Of a stretch of 64,000 nt of DNA, positions 46,578-55,542 are shown one piece after another. The position numbers were made by a program, and so were the translations under genes. Under the pieces are notes generated by a model that had not been told where the DNA came from, searched no databases, and saw nothing but the letters and a program-made list of their open reading frames with translations. Position 1 is the stretch's first letter. The number at the start of each line of letters is the position of its first letter. The stretch is from the IMG/VR virus record IMGVR_UViG_3300005611_000010; one strand, 5' to 3'. Source of the DNA: an uncultured virus (IMG/VR IMGVR_UViG_3300005611_000010). Taxonomy: Duplodnaviria; Heunggongvirae; Uroviricota; Caudoviricetes.

Positions 46578-47015
46578 TTATTCGGTTTTAGCATTTTTAA
46601 TATATTCTACGCACAAGGTTAGTTTTTCCATAATCTTTTTATCGAAAGCATTTTCTAAATTGAAATTGTCCACTAATCGTTTTGACTTAACTATTGTGGA
46701 TAAACTTTTGTGGGTGTAATTCATTAAATCGGGCAAAGTGTAATTTAATTGATTAAAAGAAATATATACCCATAATGCAAAAGCATATTTTCGGGGATAT
46801 TTTCTTGACGTACCAAATAAAACGTCAGGAGTAATTGAAAAAGCCTGACAGACCGCGTCTGTAGCGACTTTCAGGTCACTATTCCAAATATTTTCTTGTC
46901 CCTTGCGCAATAAATGTATGGTGCGCATATATCCGATTTCATTTAATGTATCGGATAAAGCCGAAAATAATTTTTCAATCGGCTTATTTTCAATTTTGCG
47001 AACTCTCATTGTCAT
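46578..47015 (-). CDS. DnaA domain-IV-like helix-turn-helix protein
   Basis: VCQAFSITPDVLFGTSRK...YTLPDL...KSLSTIV. Confidence 0.55.
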   Translation of the reverse strand: MTMRVRKIENKPIEKLFSALSDTLNEIGYMRTIHLLRKGQENIWNSDLKVATDAVCQAFSITPDVLFGTSRKYPRKYAFALWVYISFNQLNYTLPDLMNYTHKSLSTIVKSKRLVDNFNLENAFDKKIMEKLTLCVEYIKNAKTE

Positions 47016-47388
47016 CCGTTATTATAATTATTCTGCCTTCTTCACCCCATATTTTTTTGGCAACAATTGTATGTACAACTTCATCACCACCTTCAGGTAA
47101 CAGACTGTCCAATAAGAACTTGAGTATGTTATCCAAATCAGGTTTTTGTCGATGGGGCTGTCCAAGCATCGCCTGTTTTTTCTTCTTGCTCCAAGAAGGC
47201 GTGACAGGTAAAACAAATGTAACATTAATTATTTCAGGCAATATAAATTTTTGTTCACACGCATAGAATTGAATGCCTTGTTTTGCAAGACGATATTTCG
47301 TAACTGCTTTACGCGGGGGATTTAACCACTTGTCCCTTTGGGTCATTCGTGGTTTGCCTATTGGTGTTAGAAGAAATTCATATTCCAT
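46990..47388 (-). CDS. rusA: RusA-like Holliday junction resolvase
   Basis: PIGKPRMTQRDKW, PSWSKKKK, HRQKPDLDNILKFLLDSL; start moved to ATG 47388. Confidence 0.85.
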   Translation of the reverse strand: MEYEFLLTPIGKPRMTQRDKWLNPPRKAVTKYRLAKQGIQFYACEQKFILPEIINVTFVLPVTPSWSKKKKQAMLGQPHRQKPDLDNILKFLLDSLLPEGGDEVVHTIVAKKIWGEEGRIIIITDDNESSQN

Positions 47389-48025
47389 ATTTACTTGCAA
47401 ATTCTTTACAGTTAACCATTTTCTTCGCGCAGAAACGACCAAAGTCATTATCTGAACTAAAGTGTAATCCAAGGAATAAACGGCTAATAGCAAAGTCTTC
47501 TGCAAGTTCAGTTAGGAACTTGTAGTGGTCAGGGTGCATAGACCCTATGTATTCGCTTAATACATAGGCTTGCATCGTGTGACCTGATGGATACGACGGT
47601 GACATCGCTGAAACGCTCGCGTATGGAAACAAACGAGCCTTGTAAAATCTTGCTAATTGAAACGGTCTTGGTCTTTGATACCTAAACTTCAATTTCGCAA
47701 TCACATATTTTGCATCTTCAATAACCTTGTCGATGTCTTCATCCATATTATGACCTATTGTATTCCTACAATATTCCTTAAACACATTTATTCCATCTGA
47801 ATCGTAACGTAGGTAACGACTCATAATTTCTGCATCCTGTTGTTCAGGAGCATTTTGAAAAGAAATTAATTCACGCATTTCATCCCGTGTCGCATCGGAA
47901 TCATTTTCAGGAAACGCGTATTTCTGAAGTTCTTCTGTTAAGAAGTCAAATTCACCTTTTTCAAGGTATGGTAAAAAATTGTCCGTCGGGTTTCCGTATT
48001 GTAATTCGTTAACCCAAGGTTTCAT
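47378..48025 (-). CDS. PAP2 / vanadium-haloperoxidase-family phosphatase
   Basis: KFRYQRPRP, PSYPSGH, SRLFLGLHFSSD. Confidence 0.85.
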   Translation of the reverse strand: MKPWVNELQYGNPTDNFLPYLEKGEFDFLTEELQKYAFPENDSDATRDEMRELISFQNAPEQQDAEIMSRYLRYDSDGINVFKEYCRNTIGHNMDEDIDKVIEDAKYVIAKLKFRYQRPRPFQLARFYKARLFPYASVSAMSPSYPSGHTMQAYVLSEYIGSMHPDHYKFLTELAEDFAISRLFLGLHFSSDNDFGRFCAKKMVNCKEFASKYGI

Positions 48026-48395
48026 ACTTTTCGCCCATTTGGCGTTTTAAGTTCATTTTCAATTCCTTAATGTCCTTACGAACGGTTTCGTCATCTGAAT
48101 CCATTTTGGTCATTGACTTACGGTGAACTGCAATCTGCATAATCAAAGACACAAGTGTCAATGAAATTAAGCCAATAGCAATCCATTGTCCCCATTCGTT
48201 TTTATCTTCGCTTGCGCTACCTCCTGTTTCTCCACCCTCTGCCATATTGGATACATTAGTAGCCATATGGGGTGCTGTATAAGGAGCGTTCTGCACAGCG
48301 GTCTGTGCTACACCGCCTTGAGCCATTTGTGGCGCAGGGGCGGGAGCAGGAGTTCCTGCGGGTGCTGTTCCTTCCATTTGAGTCATTTCATTCAT
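48009..48395 (-). CDS. Membrane protein with MAQGG/MAEGG motifs
   Basis: TM WIAIGLISLTLVSLIM followed by coiled coil. Confidence 0.7.
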   Translation of the reverse strand: MNEMTQMEGTAPAGTPAPAPAPQMAQGGVAQTAVQNAPYTAPHMATNVSNMAEGGETGGSASEDKNEWGQWIAIGLISLTLVSLIMQIAVHRKSMTKMDSDDETVRKDIKELKMNLKRQMGEKYETLG

Positions 48396-48889
48396 TATGC
48401 GACAAATTGTAATGTGTTACCTCTACGCAACACTTTTCTTGTTGTACCTGCTTTGGGGGTTTCAGGCTTCCCTGCGAATTCTTCTTTCGGTTCAAGTTCT
48501 TGAATTACTTCATCCTTGACATCGTCCAAATCCTTACGCATCATTTTATAAACCATCCCTGCTACTGCACCGCCTCCGACAAGTGCCAAGCCGAACATTG
48601 CTTTTTGGTTTGTATCACCTTTTCTGAAATACATAGCCGCAAGAATACCAATCCACCAAATCGATTTAGACAGGTGAAGCGATTGATAACTACCACGGTA
48701 GTATTGTTGTGGGGTAATTTTACCGTCTTCCCACTTTTTACGCAGGACTTTTTCACGGTAATAAAAAACTGCCTCGGCAGGGGTAGGAATAATATCAGAC
48801 AATATAATTCCTACTGCCCCTGCGTAGAGAACACCATCAGAATGCCGCCCTTGAGAAGCATTAATTATTTCCTCAAAGACTTTCTTCAT
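48395..48889 (-). CDS. Multi-TM membrane protein
   Basis: Three hydrophobic segments. Confidence 0.7.
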   Translation of the reverse strand: MKKVFEEIINASQGRHSDGVLYAGAVGIILSDIIPTPAEAVFYYREKVLRKKWEDGKITPQQYYRGSYQSLHLSKSIWWIGILAAMYFRKGDTNQKAMFGLALVGGGAVAGMVYKMMRKDLDDVKDEVIQELEPKEEFAGKPETPKAGTTRKVLRRGNTLQFVA

Positions 48890-48999
48890 TAATCGGTTGC
48901 TTTATCCCAACCTTTTCCTGCGAAGTACGCTACTGCGTAAATAGTTGCCAAGGACAATGCAAGTCCTACAGCCATAGTTACGATGTTTGATTTTGCCAT
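48889..48999 (-). CDS. 36-aa membrane peptide (absent from ORF track)
   Basis: MAKSNIVTMAVGLALSLATIYAVAYFAGKGWDKATD; TAATG-coupled. Confidence 0.75.
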   Translation of the reverse strand: MAKSNIVTMAVGLALSLATIYAVAYFAGKGWDKATD

Positions 49000-49010
49000 A
49001 GTTGTATTTA

Positions 49011-49241
49011 TTAAGTGTTAGATGTTTTAGTGAATTTTTCCACTACCGTTCCGAAGATGGTAGAAATTGTTAACCACTCTACAGATGTAATTAATTCTAC
49101 AGACGGTTGAAATTCTTTAGGGTTTACTGCATTGATTGTCATTGCCGTAGTAAGGGAAATAAATCCAAGAGTGCCTAACACACGCTTGTGAGAAATCTTT
49201 CCATTTTCCCCTGAAAACAAATCTGCAAGAAATTTTTTCAT
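49011..49241 (-). CDS. Holin-like two-TM protein
   Basis: ISHKRVLGTLGF...; adjacent to the amidase; start moved to ATG 49241. Confidence 0.55.
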   Translation of the reverse strand: MKKFLADLFSGENGKISHKRVLGTLGFISLTTAMTINAVNPKEFQPSVELITSVEWLTISTIFGTVVEKFTKTSNT

Positions 49242-49258
49242 AGTGGTTTTCAACAAAT

Positions 49259-49936
49259 TTACGAAATTTTTTTCAATGCCGATATAAGTGCTTCTGACGG
49301 GTACACATCGCTTTTGTCTGTTCTGACGGCTCCGTGTCCGTAAAGCCCGTTTTTACCCGATAACGCATCCTTGGATATTTCCCAAAAATGTTCAGGTTTG
49401 TAAGTGATGTCAATACCATATCGCTCTTTCCAATACGGGAGTAAAGCGCAAACCGAATCAATCTGTGCGTTTGAATACTTTTGAAAATGAAGAATGTTTC
49501 TCCAAGGGGTTTCGAGTGTATCTACTTGGTCTTTAGGAACCTCTGCTCCTGCCCAAGAAATAAACTTTCCATCCCTGTACGATAGTGAACCCCAAGAACA
49601 TATTTCCACCCCTATCGAAATCTTATTTAAGTTCTGATATTTCAACCCGTTGCGCTTAAAGTGCGATTCCCGTAGTCCAAGGTGGTATCCCCAATACTTG
49701 CTTGAGAAACCTTGAATTATTTCGCCATCCTTTCCACCATCGTTTGCGCTTGAAATAGCAATACAGGTGGCTATTCGTCCCTGACGGTCTGTGTCCCAAA
49801 ATTTAAACACACGTTCACCGTTACCACGCCCTGCGTTGTGGTGTAGATATATTTGAGTCTTTTCAGATTCTTCTTTGAACCATTCGTTTGACCCAAAATC
49901 AACTGTTCTAATGTTTGAAGGAAGTTTAGCCATCAT
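49259..49936 (-). CDS. N-acetylmuramoyl-L-alanine amidase (Amidase_2) endolysin
   Basis: IYLHHNAG, YHLG, SIGVEIC, GHGAVRTDKSD. Confidence 0.85.
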   Translation of the reverse strand: MMAKLPSNIRTVDFGSNEWFKEESEKTQIYLHHNAGRGNGERVFKFWDTDRQGRIATCIAISSANDGGKDGEIIQGFSSKYWGYHLGLRESHFKRNGLKYQNLNKISIGVEICSWGSLSYRDGKFISWAGAEVPKDQVDTLETPWRNILHFQKYSNAQIDSVCALLPYWKERYGIDITYKPEHFWEISKDALSGKNGLYGHGAVRTDKSDVYPSEALISALKKIS

Positions 49937-50297
49937 AAACGCTTGAATGGTGATTCAATATTTTATATTCTCCGTTTATTGGAATCAATGTGTATGTAAA
50001 TCTTGCCCGTGTAGTTTCACCATCTATAGTGAATTCATAAACCCCACTTGATGTCATTACCACTTCCCCTTGTTGACACACTTGTTCTAAAATTTTGCAA
50101 GACATTCGTCTAACCGATAAGAAATCTACAAAGTATTTAAAAATTTCATCTTTGCCTATCTCAAAGGGCTTACTAAAAGTACCCACTAAAACTGCATTCT
50201 GACAATAAAAACTTGTCATAATTTGTGGGTTTCGCAATGATATTGCATTAGCCCAAGTTTCAATAATCCTTGGTGTTTGTGTTACTGTTCTTACCAT
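49926..50297 (-). CDS. NTF2/SnoaL-like (DUF4440) protein
   Basis: YCQNAVLVGT, SGVYEF, RARFTY, ILNHHSS. Confidence 0.8.
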   Translation of the reverse strand: MVRTVTQTPRIIETWANAISLRNPQIMTSFYCQNAVLVGTFSKPFEIGKDEIFKYFVDFLSVRRMSCKILEQVCQQGEVVMTSSGVYEFTIDGETTRARFTYTLIPINGEYKILNHHSSVYDG

Positions 50298-50584
50298 AAT
50301 AATTTATCTGCGTAATAACCTGCACTTCCACGGACGTGCCTGTCTTTTTCGTGCCTTTGCTTGTATGCTTTTCTTCGCGTAACGGCTGTCCCTTTTGGAA
50401 CTTTACCCTCTCGCTCCAAACGCATAAACGTCGGGTAATCGTTATATCCTATCGCGCCAACGCTTGCGACCTTTTCGCCTTTTTTGAACACATCGATTTT
50501 CTTACCGCTTACTTTTGACGGCTTTACTTCCACACCTAATTTTTTGGCTTGGGCGTAAGTGTATCGTGTAATTCTATAAGCCAT
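50291..50584 (-). CDS. Small basic viral protein (DUF5754-like)
   Basis: KKIDVFK..VASVGAIGYNDYPT, RRKAYKQRH, GYYADKLLW. Confidence 0.6.
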   Translation of the reverse strand: MAYRITRYTYAQAKKLGVEVKPSKVSGKKIDVFKKGEKVASVGAIGYNDYPTFMRLEREGKVPKGTAVTRRKAYKQRHEKDRHVRGSAGYYADKLLW

Positions 50585-50805
50585 TACTGTCGTCTTAAAT
50601 AATTCAAAACTTGAGCATTAATGTATGAAAACACCGCTACGGTTCCGATTATACGGAGCCAATCTTTTTTATCGGGTAAGTGAAAGTCTAATCCTTCACC
50701 TTCCTTTTTACCACCCTTTCCATAGTTGTAATGAAACATTGCTTCCAATGTAAAAATTGAAAAGGTTGTCAAGAATACAAGTTCTCCGTTTTTAATCTTC
50801 GCCAT
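50584..50805 (-). CDS. Small membrane protein
   Basis: EAMFHYNYGK; two hydrophobic segments. Confidence 0.65.
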   Translation of the reverse strand: MAKIKNGELVFLTTFSIFTLEAMFHYNYGKGGKKEGEGLDFHLPDKKDWLRIIGTVAVFSYINAQVLNYLRRQ

Positions 50806-50998
50806 TCTGATTTTTTAAATAGTTAATGCCATTATAGAAAAAAGTTCCTACACCTATAGCAATCAATGAATATTTGATGAAGGGGCTAAAGTTTCCCTTA
50901 ACCCCTGCATACAAAATAACAGGGGCAACAAAAACGACATCCAAAATCCTTACAGGTTGTGGGTCGAATACAAAATAGTGTTGCCTTATCTTTTCCAT
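50792..50998 (-). CDS. Small two-TM protein
   Basis: QPVRILDVVFVAP...TFFYNGINY. Confidence 0.7.
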   Translation of the reverse strand: MEKIRQHYFVFDPQPVRILDVVFVAPVILYAGVKGNFSPFIKYSLIAIGVGTFFYNGINYLKNQNGED

Positions 50999-51450
50999 TA
51001 CTTTTTATTCATCATATTCACAGCCCCTGCTGTTAGCACCAATACTGCGGCTCCCAAAATGAATGTACCGAAACCGATACCTTTTTTCTTTTCAGGCTCG
51101 CTCGCGGGTGCGGGCGCGGGTGCGGGTGCAGGCGCGGGGGCGGGTGCAGGCGCGGGAGCAGGCTCCTTTGCCTTTGGTGTTGGTTCAGGAGTAGGCTCTT
51201 GCTTTTCTTCCTCATCCTTCAACAAGTCATCAATCACTTCAGCAATTGAATCATTGAATTCTTGAACGGACGCTTTCAAGTCTGCAACAGACTGCTTGTC
51301 TTCGTCTGTGCTTTCATCGGTTAATTCCGATTCGGCTGTTTCCCATTCAGCATAGTGCTTAATTGAGTTGTTGATTGCGTCTTGAATCTTTTTAGGCAAG
51401 GATGCCAATTCAACATTTTTTTCCTCAAGGATTTGTTCTATTTTTTTCAT
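50998..51450 (-). CDS. C-terminally anchored protein with (PA)n linker
   Basis: Acidic helical domain, PAPAPA tract, TM followed by KK. Confidence 0.75.
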   Translation of the reverse strand: MKKIEQILEEKNVELASLPKKIQDAINNSIKHYAEWETAESELTDESTDEDKQSVADLKASVQEFNDSIAEVIDDLLKDEEEKQEPTPEPTPKAKEPAPAPAPAPAPAPAPAPAPASEPEKKKGIGFGTFILGAAVLVLTAGAVNMMNKK

Positions 51451-51466
51451 ATTTATAAATATTTAT

Positions 51467-52582
51467 TTACGAAGGTAATTTATTTAATCGTTTTTTGTCT
51501 GCATAGAGTGAGTATTCCAAGTCTTCAGGATTTTTGGTTAAAATGTCAAAATCCCGTTGCGCCTTTTCATCACCACGGTCTGCTCGGTCTGCAAGTTTGG
51601 AAAGTTCTAATAATCTTTTAGAATCCAAATTTTGATACTTGTATGGATTGTGCGAAGATTCGTTCAATTGTTTTTGACGCTTGGTCTTCAACTGAACCTC
51701 TACAGGCACATTATTGCTTTCAATGATGTAATGCACAGCCATATAACCGTCTTTGGGCTTTTCATAATAGTCCTTGCGTTCCATTACCTTACCCAATTTT
51801 CCCGCATCCAATTTGTCACGCGTAGATTTAATTTCATCAAGGTTGTTAACCACTATGCTTGTACCCACCAAGTCAGTCAATCCCTCTACGTCACCTTCTT
51901 GTGCAGGCTTCATATTGTACATCTTTTTATTAACCAATTTGTTAAGAATTGAATATGGCGTTTTTGTTCGAGCATAAATTGTAGAACCTGAAGGTGCGAT
52001 TTCCGTAAGGTTAGAAACAGTTTGCTTCATTTTCCCTTTCATTTCGGTTTTCGTTTTCAGAATTTTGTCAAACACTTCCTTCAATTTAACCTGCTCCACC
52101 GTGTCCTTAATCTTTGGATTGTTTGGGGCTTTGTCGTCAATATCAGGTACTCCATCTTTGTCGCTGTCACCGTAAATGGCTTTGTATGACTTCTTGTTGT
52201 ATTTGTCTTCAAGAACCTTAACTTTTATTTCTCCACCATCTTTAAAGTATCTACCTTCATAGATTCCTTCTACAACCTCCATCGCATTGCGCTGACGAAA
52301 ACCTGAATCTTTTTCTAAAGGCAAACCCATCCCGTACACGCGCACGCGAACGTCCTGTAGTTCTTTTAATGAAACACTTCCTGTGTCAACACCCATTCCA
52401 AGGTCAACGATAGCCCAAATGTAATCAGGGTCATCGGGGTCTTGATTCACCAAGAACCAATAACCACGACCATAAGGGTTAAATACCTTAACAACTGCGT
52501 CCTGTTTTGATAAATCGCTTCCGAACTTGTACTGACTTTGCAGTTTCTTTTGTTCCGCTTTAGTTAATTTAAGAGTTCTCAT
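51467..52582 (-). CDS. DUF2958-like domain fused to a RelA/SpoT-type (small alarmone synthetase) domain
   Basis: KVFNPYGRGYW...GSVSLKEL; ARTKTPYSILNKL, DLVGTSIV, KDYYEKPKDGYMAVHY, VEVQLKT, SHNPYK. Confidence 0.8.
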   Translation of the reverse strand: MRTLKLTKAEQKKLQSQYKFGSDLSKQDAVVKVFNPYGRGYWFLVNQDPDDPDYIWAIVDLGMGVDTGSVSLKELQDVRVRVYGMGLPLEKDSGFRQRNAMEVVEGIYEGRYFKDGGEIKVKVLEDKYNKKSYKAIYGDSDKDGVPDIDDKAPNNPKIKDTVEQVKLKEVFDKILKTKTEMKGKMKQTVSNLTEIAPSGSTIYARTKTPYSILNKLVNKKMYNMKPAQEGDVEGLTDLVGTSIVVNNLDEIKSTRDKLDAGKLGKVMERKDYYEKPKDGYMAVHYIIESNNVPVEVQLKTKRQKQLNESSHNPYKYQNLDSKRLLELSKLADRADRGDEKAQRDFDILTKNPEDLEYSLYADKKRLNKLPS

Positions 52583-55530
52583 TTTTTATTCATTGCTCCT
52601 GCGCGTTTTACTGCGCTTGCCCAACTTTCTCCTTCTTTACGGATTTTGCTTGCCACGGTGAACACGCTGTTTTCCTTACGCTTTGAAATGTTTGGATTTT
52701 CAACGACTTCAGCCCAAATAGTTTTCCAATTGTGCTTCTTTGCAACAGCAAAGGTGCTGTTACCGTCTTTGATTCTGTATTTGCCATTACGAGATTTGTA
52801 AATCGTAATTGGTTTACGCTTTTCCATCTTACCGTCGTAGGCTAAACGCATATAACGCTCGGCATTGGCAATACCCTTTTCACGCGCTCGAATGGGAATC
52901 AATTTATTCATTTCCACCTCGATTGTTCCTGCGGGCTTGGTAAAATACTTCTTCAGGTTGTGTGGCAATTTAATCTTACCCAATTCACCACCTTCAGCCA
53001 TTTTGTCCATCGTGTGAACAGAACTGTAAGGACGCTTACCTACGGCTTTGTTTTCGCCTTTAGATTCGTTTCTACGGTCTTTCAAGGTTGCTTCCATTTT
53101 GGCTTCTTTGCCATCACGATTACCCATAGATTCGTCCAAACGGTCATTGAATCCTTGGTCAAGTTTGCCACCTTTTGCGTACTTTACATAAACTTTAGAA
53201 CTATGTTGCTTTTCCCAATTTTTGACATCTTTTAAAGATGAAGCAAGAAAAACCGCCTCGTTGGTATTGTAGTCATATTGAGAAACACTTACATCGTTTG
53301 CGATTTGCATAAGTCGGTTATAATCAGACTTACTTCTACTTCCACGGCTATATTCCAATTGCTCCTCGGATAAGTTGTTGCGTCCTAATTCGTCATATAA
53401 ATCATAAGGTATTTTACCCTTTAATCTATAATATCCACTACTCGTTTTTTCTGCATCAAACGGCACTTTGCCTACATTTCCACCTTTAGCCAATTTCTCA
53501 ACTTCGCTAATCCTAAAAACATCGTGTTTATATTTACCATTGTCATCTTTGCGGACAAAAAGCATATCCCCTTTTTTATTTAGCACCTCGCCTTCTTCAT
53601 CTTTAAAAACAGTTGACCTAACCCTATCTCCTTTTTTGATTTCACCACCTTTCGCCATTTTACCTTTTTTGGCAAGTTGCAAACGATAAACCTTTGCGGC
53701 TACCTTATCCCCAACTTCTTTGGCTTCTTCCTTGTCATATGTTTTTCCGTATTCACCTTGATACTTTGAAGGAACCTTTTTGCCTTCATAACGTGCCGCT
53801 ACTTTTTTAGAAAGTGCATCAAATCCTTTTACTTGACCACCTTTAGCCATTTGTTCTAATTGGTAATTGTTTTTAACAAAATCAATGGCTCCTTTTTTAT
53901 TACCACTAAATACCTTTTCACCTTTAACATTCCTAAAAGTAAAAGTGCCGTTTTCATATTCTCCCGATATTACACCTAATTTAGTGTCGGTTATAGCCAT
54001 ATAGCCTTGGGATTGAAGTAGGTTAATATCTAAAGTGGCATATCTTTTTAACCTTGAATCAATACTACCACCTTTAGCGTAATAATCACTTGAATATGAT
54101 TTCAATACATCTGTAACAATTTCTTTATTATCTAAATCGTACATAACCTGTACTGTGTTTCCATCTAAATCGACAATAGAAAAGTCGCTGTCAGGGGCAA
54201 CATTTGACAAATCGCTTTTAAAATCTGCTTTATCTTTAGCATTATTGAATTTAGCAATTACCATTTCTTGCTCTATTTCTCCACCGTGAGCCATACGTTG
54301 TCTTTTATGGGTTTTCTCGACATAGTCTTCCATTTCTTGAACCGTTTTATGACCCAAGTAATTCCCCATTTGTTGTTTCAAAACTTTGTATTTCGCCTTA
54401 TCAAGTTTATCACCTTCCTTTTGTTTGTGCCAAGCATCTACAAACTTTTCAAAGTCATCCTGTGGTACAGGTACTTTTGAATCAAAACGCTTAAATGTGT
54501 TTTTGTATTCATAGTCTTCGCCTTTAGCGGTGTAGCCACCTTTAGCCATCATTGATTTTTCATCAATCACGTCGGCAGTTTCTTCAGCACTCAATCCTTT
54601 TGTCCAAGATTGTTGCAAGTAAAAAGGCTGTGCTTCTACAATACCTGAAGCGTCACCATAATCAATGTCAAGTTTGTCTGCAAGTATTTGTGTTACTTCA
54701 GTTTCCCACTCAACATAATCACGACCCACGTTTCCACCATCAGCCATATATCCACCTTTGGATTTGTTGTTTATGGATTTATAAAGCCATTTACCGTCTT
54801 TGTCGGTAACGATTATCGATTCCCCGATTCCTTTAAAATTGCCTTTCATCATAGCGTATGTTACTGCGCTATCTGAATCTTTGTATTTCTTTTCTTGAAT
54901 CAGTTTTTTCTTGCCGTCAATAATCCTGTAGGTACTTACTGTGAATTCTCCATCATTATCATTTTTGTGGGTATATCCACCCATCGCAAGATATGGATAG
55001 CCGCCCTTGTAGTCAGGTGACTTCCTGTCAGAACGGTTTTCACGATTTTCATAATATACGCGACCTCCCTTGGAAGTGCCGTGTTGGTTTTTCCAACCTT
55101 TCTTTGAAACCCTACGTCCCGCAGGCAATGCTCTACGACCTGCATCACGCTCCTTGTCGGTTTTACCCAAACCTTTCAACAACGGGTCATTCTGCAATGC
55201 CGTTGTTAGTGCGTTTACTTTTGTCGTCGTAGCCTTCACAGCCGTTTTTGTTGGCTTGGGCTTTGGTTCGGGTTTGGGTTTAGGTTCAGGCTTTGGTTTA
55301 GGAGCCGCCTTTTTGGGTTCAGGCTTCGGTTCAGGTTTTTTATCCTCTGAACGCAAAGCACTTGGCTTTTCTTTCTTTAGTTTATTATGTACAGCGGACA
55401 CATAAGCGTCTGCTTTATCGTTTTGAACGCTAAAGTCTTTGGTCGCCCTTTTAATTTTTTCAAGCGTGTCGCGCGTCTTTTCAGGAAGCATCGACACCTT
55501 AATGTCTTCGTATTTTTCCTTGGTATTCAT
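52579..55530 (-). CDS. Modular polyvalent protein punctuated by [MYL]AxGG motifs; C-terminal ParB/Srx-like domain
   Basis: Ten AxGG motifs counted; KPITIYKSRNGKYRIKDGNSTF. Confidence 0.75.
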   Translation of the reverse strand: MNTKEKYEDIKVSMLPEKTRDTLEKIKRATKDFSVQNDKADAYVSAVHNKLKKEKPSALRSEDKKPEPKPEPKKAAPKPKPEPKPKPEPKPKPTKTAVKATTTKVNALTTALQNDPLLKGLGKTDKERDAGRRALPAGRRVSKKGWKNQHGTSKGGRVYYENRENRSDRKSPDYKGGYPYLAMGGYTHKNDNDGEFTVSTYRIIDGKKKLIQEKKYKDSDSAVTYAMMKGNFKGIGESIIVTDKDGKWLYKSINNKSKGGYMADGGNVGRDYVEWETEVTQILADKLDIDYGDASGIVEAQPFYLQQSWTKGLSAEETADVIDEKSMMAKGGYTAKGEDYEYKNTFKRFDSKVPVPQDDFEKFVDAWHKQKEGDKLDKAKYKVLKQQMGNYLGHKTVQEMEDYVEKTHKRQRMAHGGEIEQEMVIAKFNNAKDKADFKSDLSNVAPDSDFSIVDLDGNTVQVMYDLDNKEIVTDVLKSYSSDYYAKGGSIDSRLKRYATLDINLLQSQGYMAITDTKLGVISGEYENGTFTFRNVKGEKVFSGNKKGAIDFVKNNYQLEQMAKGGQVKGFDALSKKVAARYEGKKVPSKYQGEYGKTYDKEEAKEVGDKVAAKVYRLQLAKKGKMAKGGEIKKGDRVRSTVFKDEEGEVLNKKGDMLFVRKDDNGKYKHDVFRISEVEKLAKGGNVGKVPFDAEKTSSGYYRLKGKIPYDLYDELGRNNLSEEQLEYSRGSRSKSDYNRLMQIANDVSVSQYDYNTNEAVFLASSLKDVKNWEKQHSSKVYVKYAKGGKLDQGFNDRLDESMGNRDGKEAKMEATLKDRRNESKGENKAVGKRPYSSVHTMDKMAEGGELGKIKLPHNLKKYFTKPAGTIEVEMNKLIPIRAREKGIANAERYMRLAYDGKMEKRKPITIYKSRNGKYRIKDGNSTFAVAKKHNWKTIWAEVVENPNISKRKENSVFTVASKIRKEGESWASAVKRAGAMNKK

Positions 55531-55542
55531 TTTTTATAACTT

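Noticed and set aside
46578..47015. Chromosomal dnaA
   Set aside because: Only an HTH resembling domain IV; no AAA+ domain
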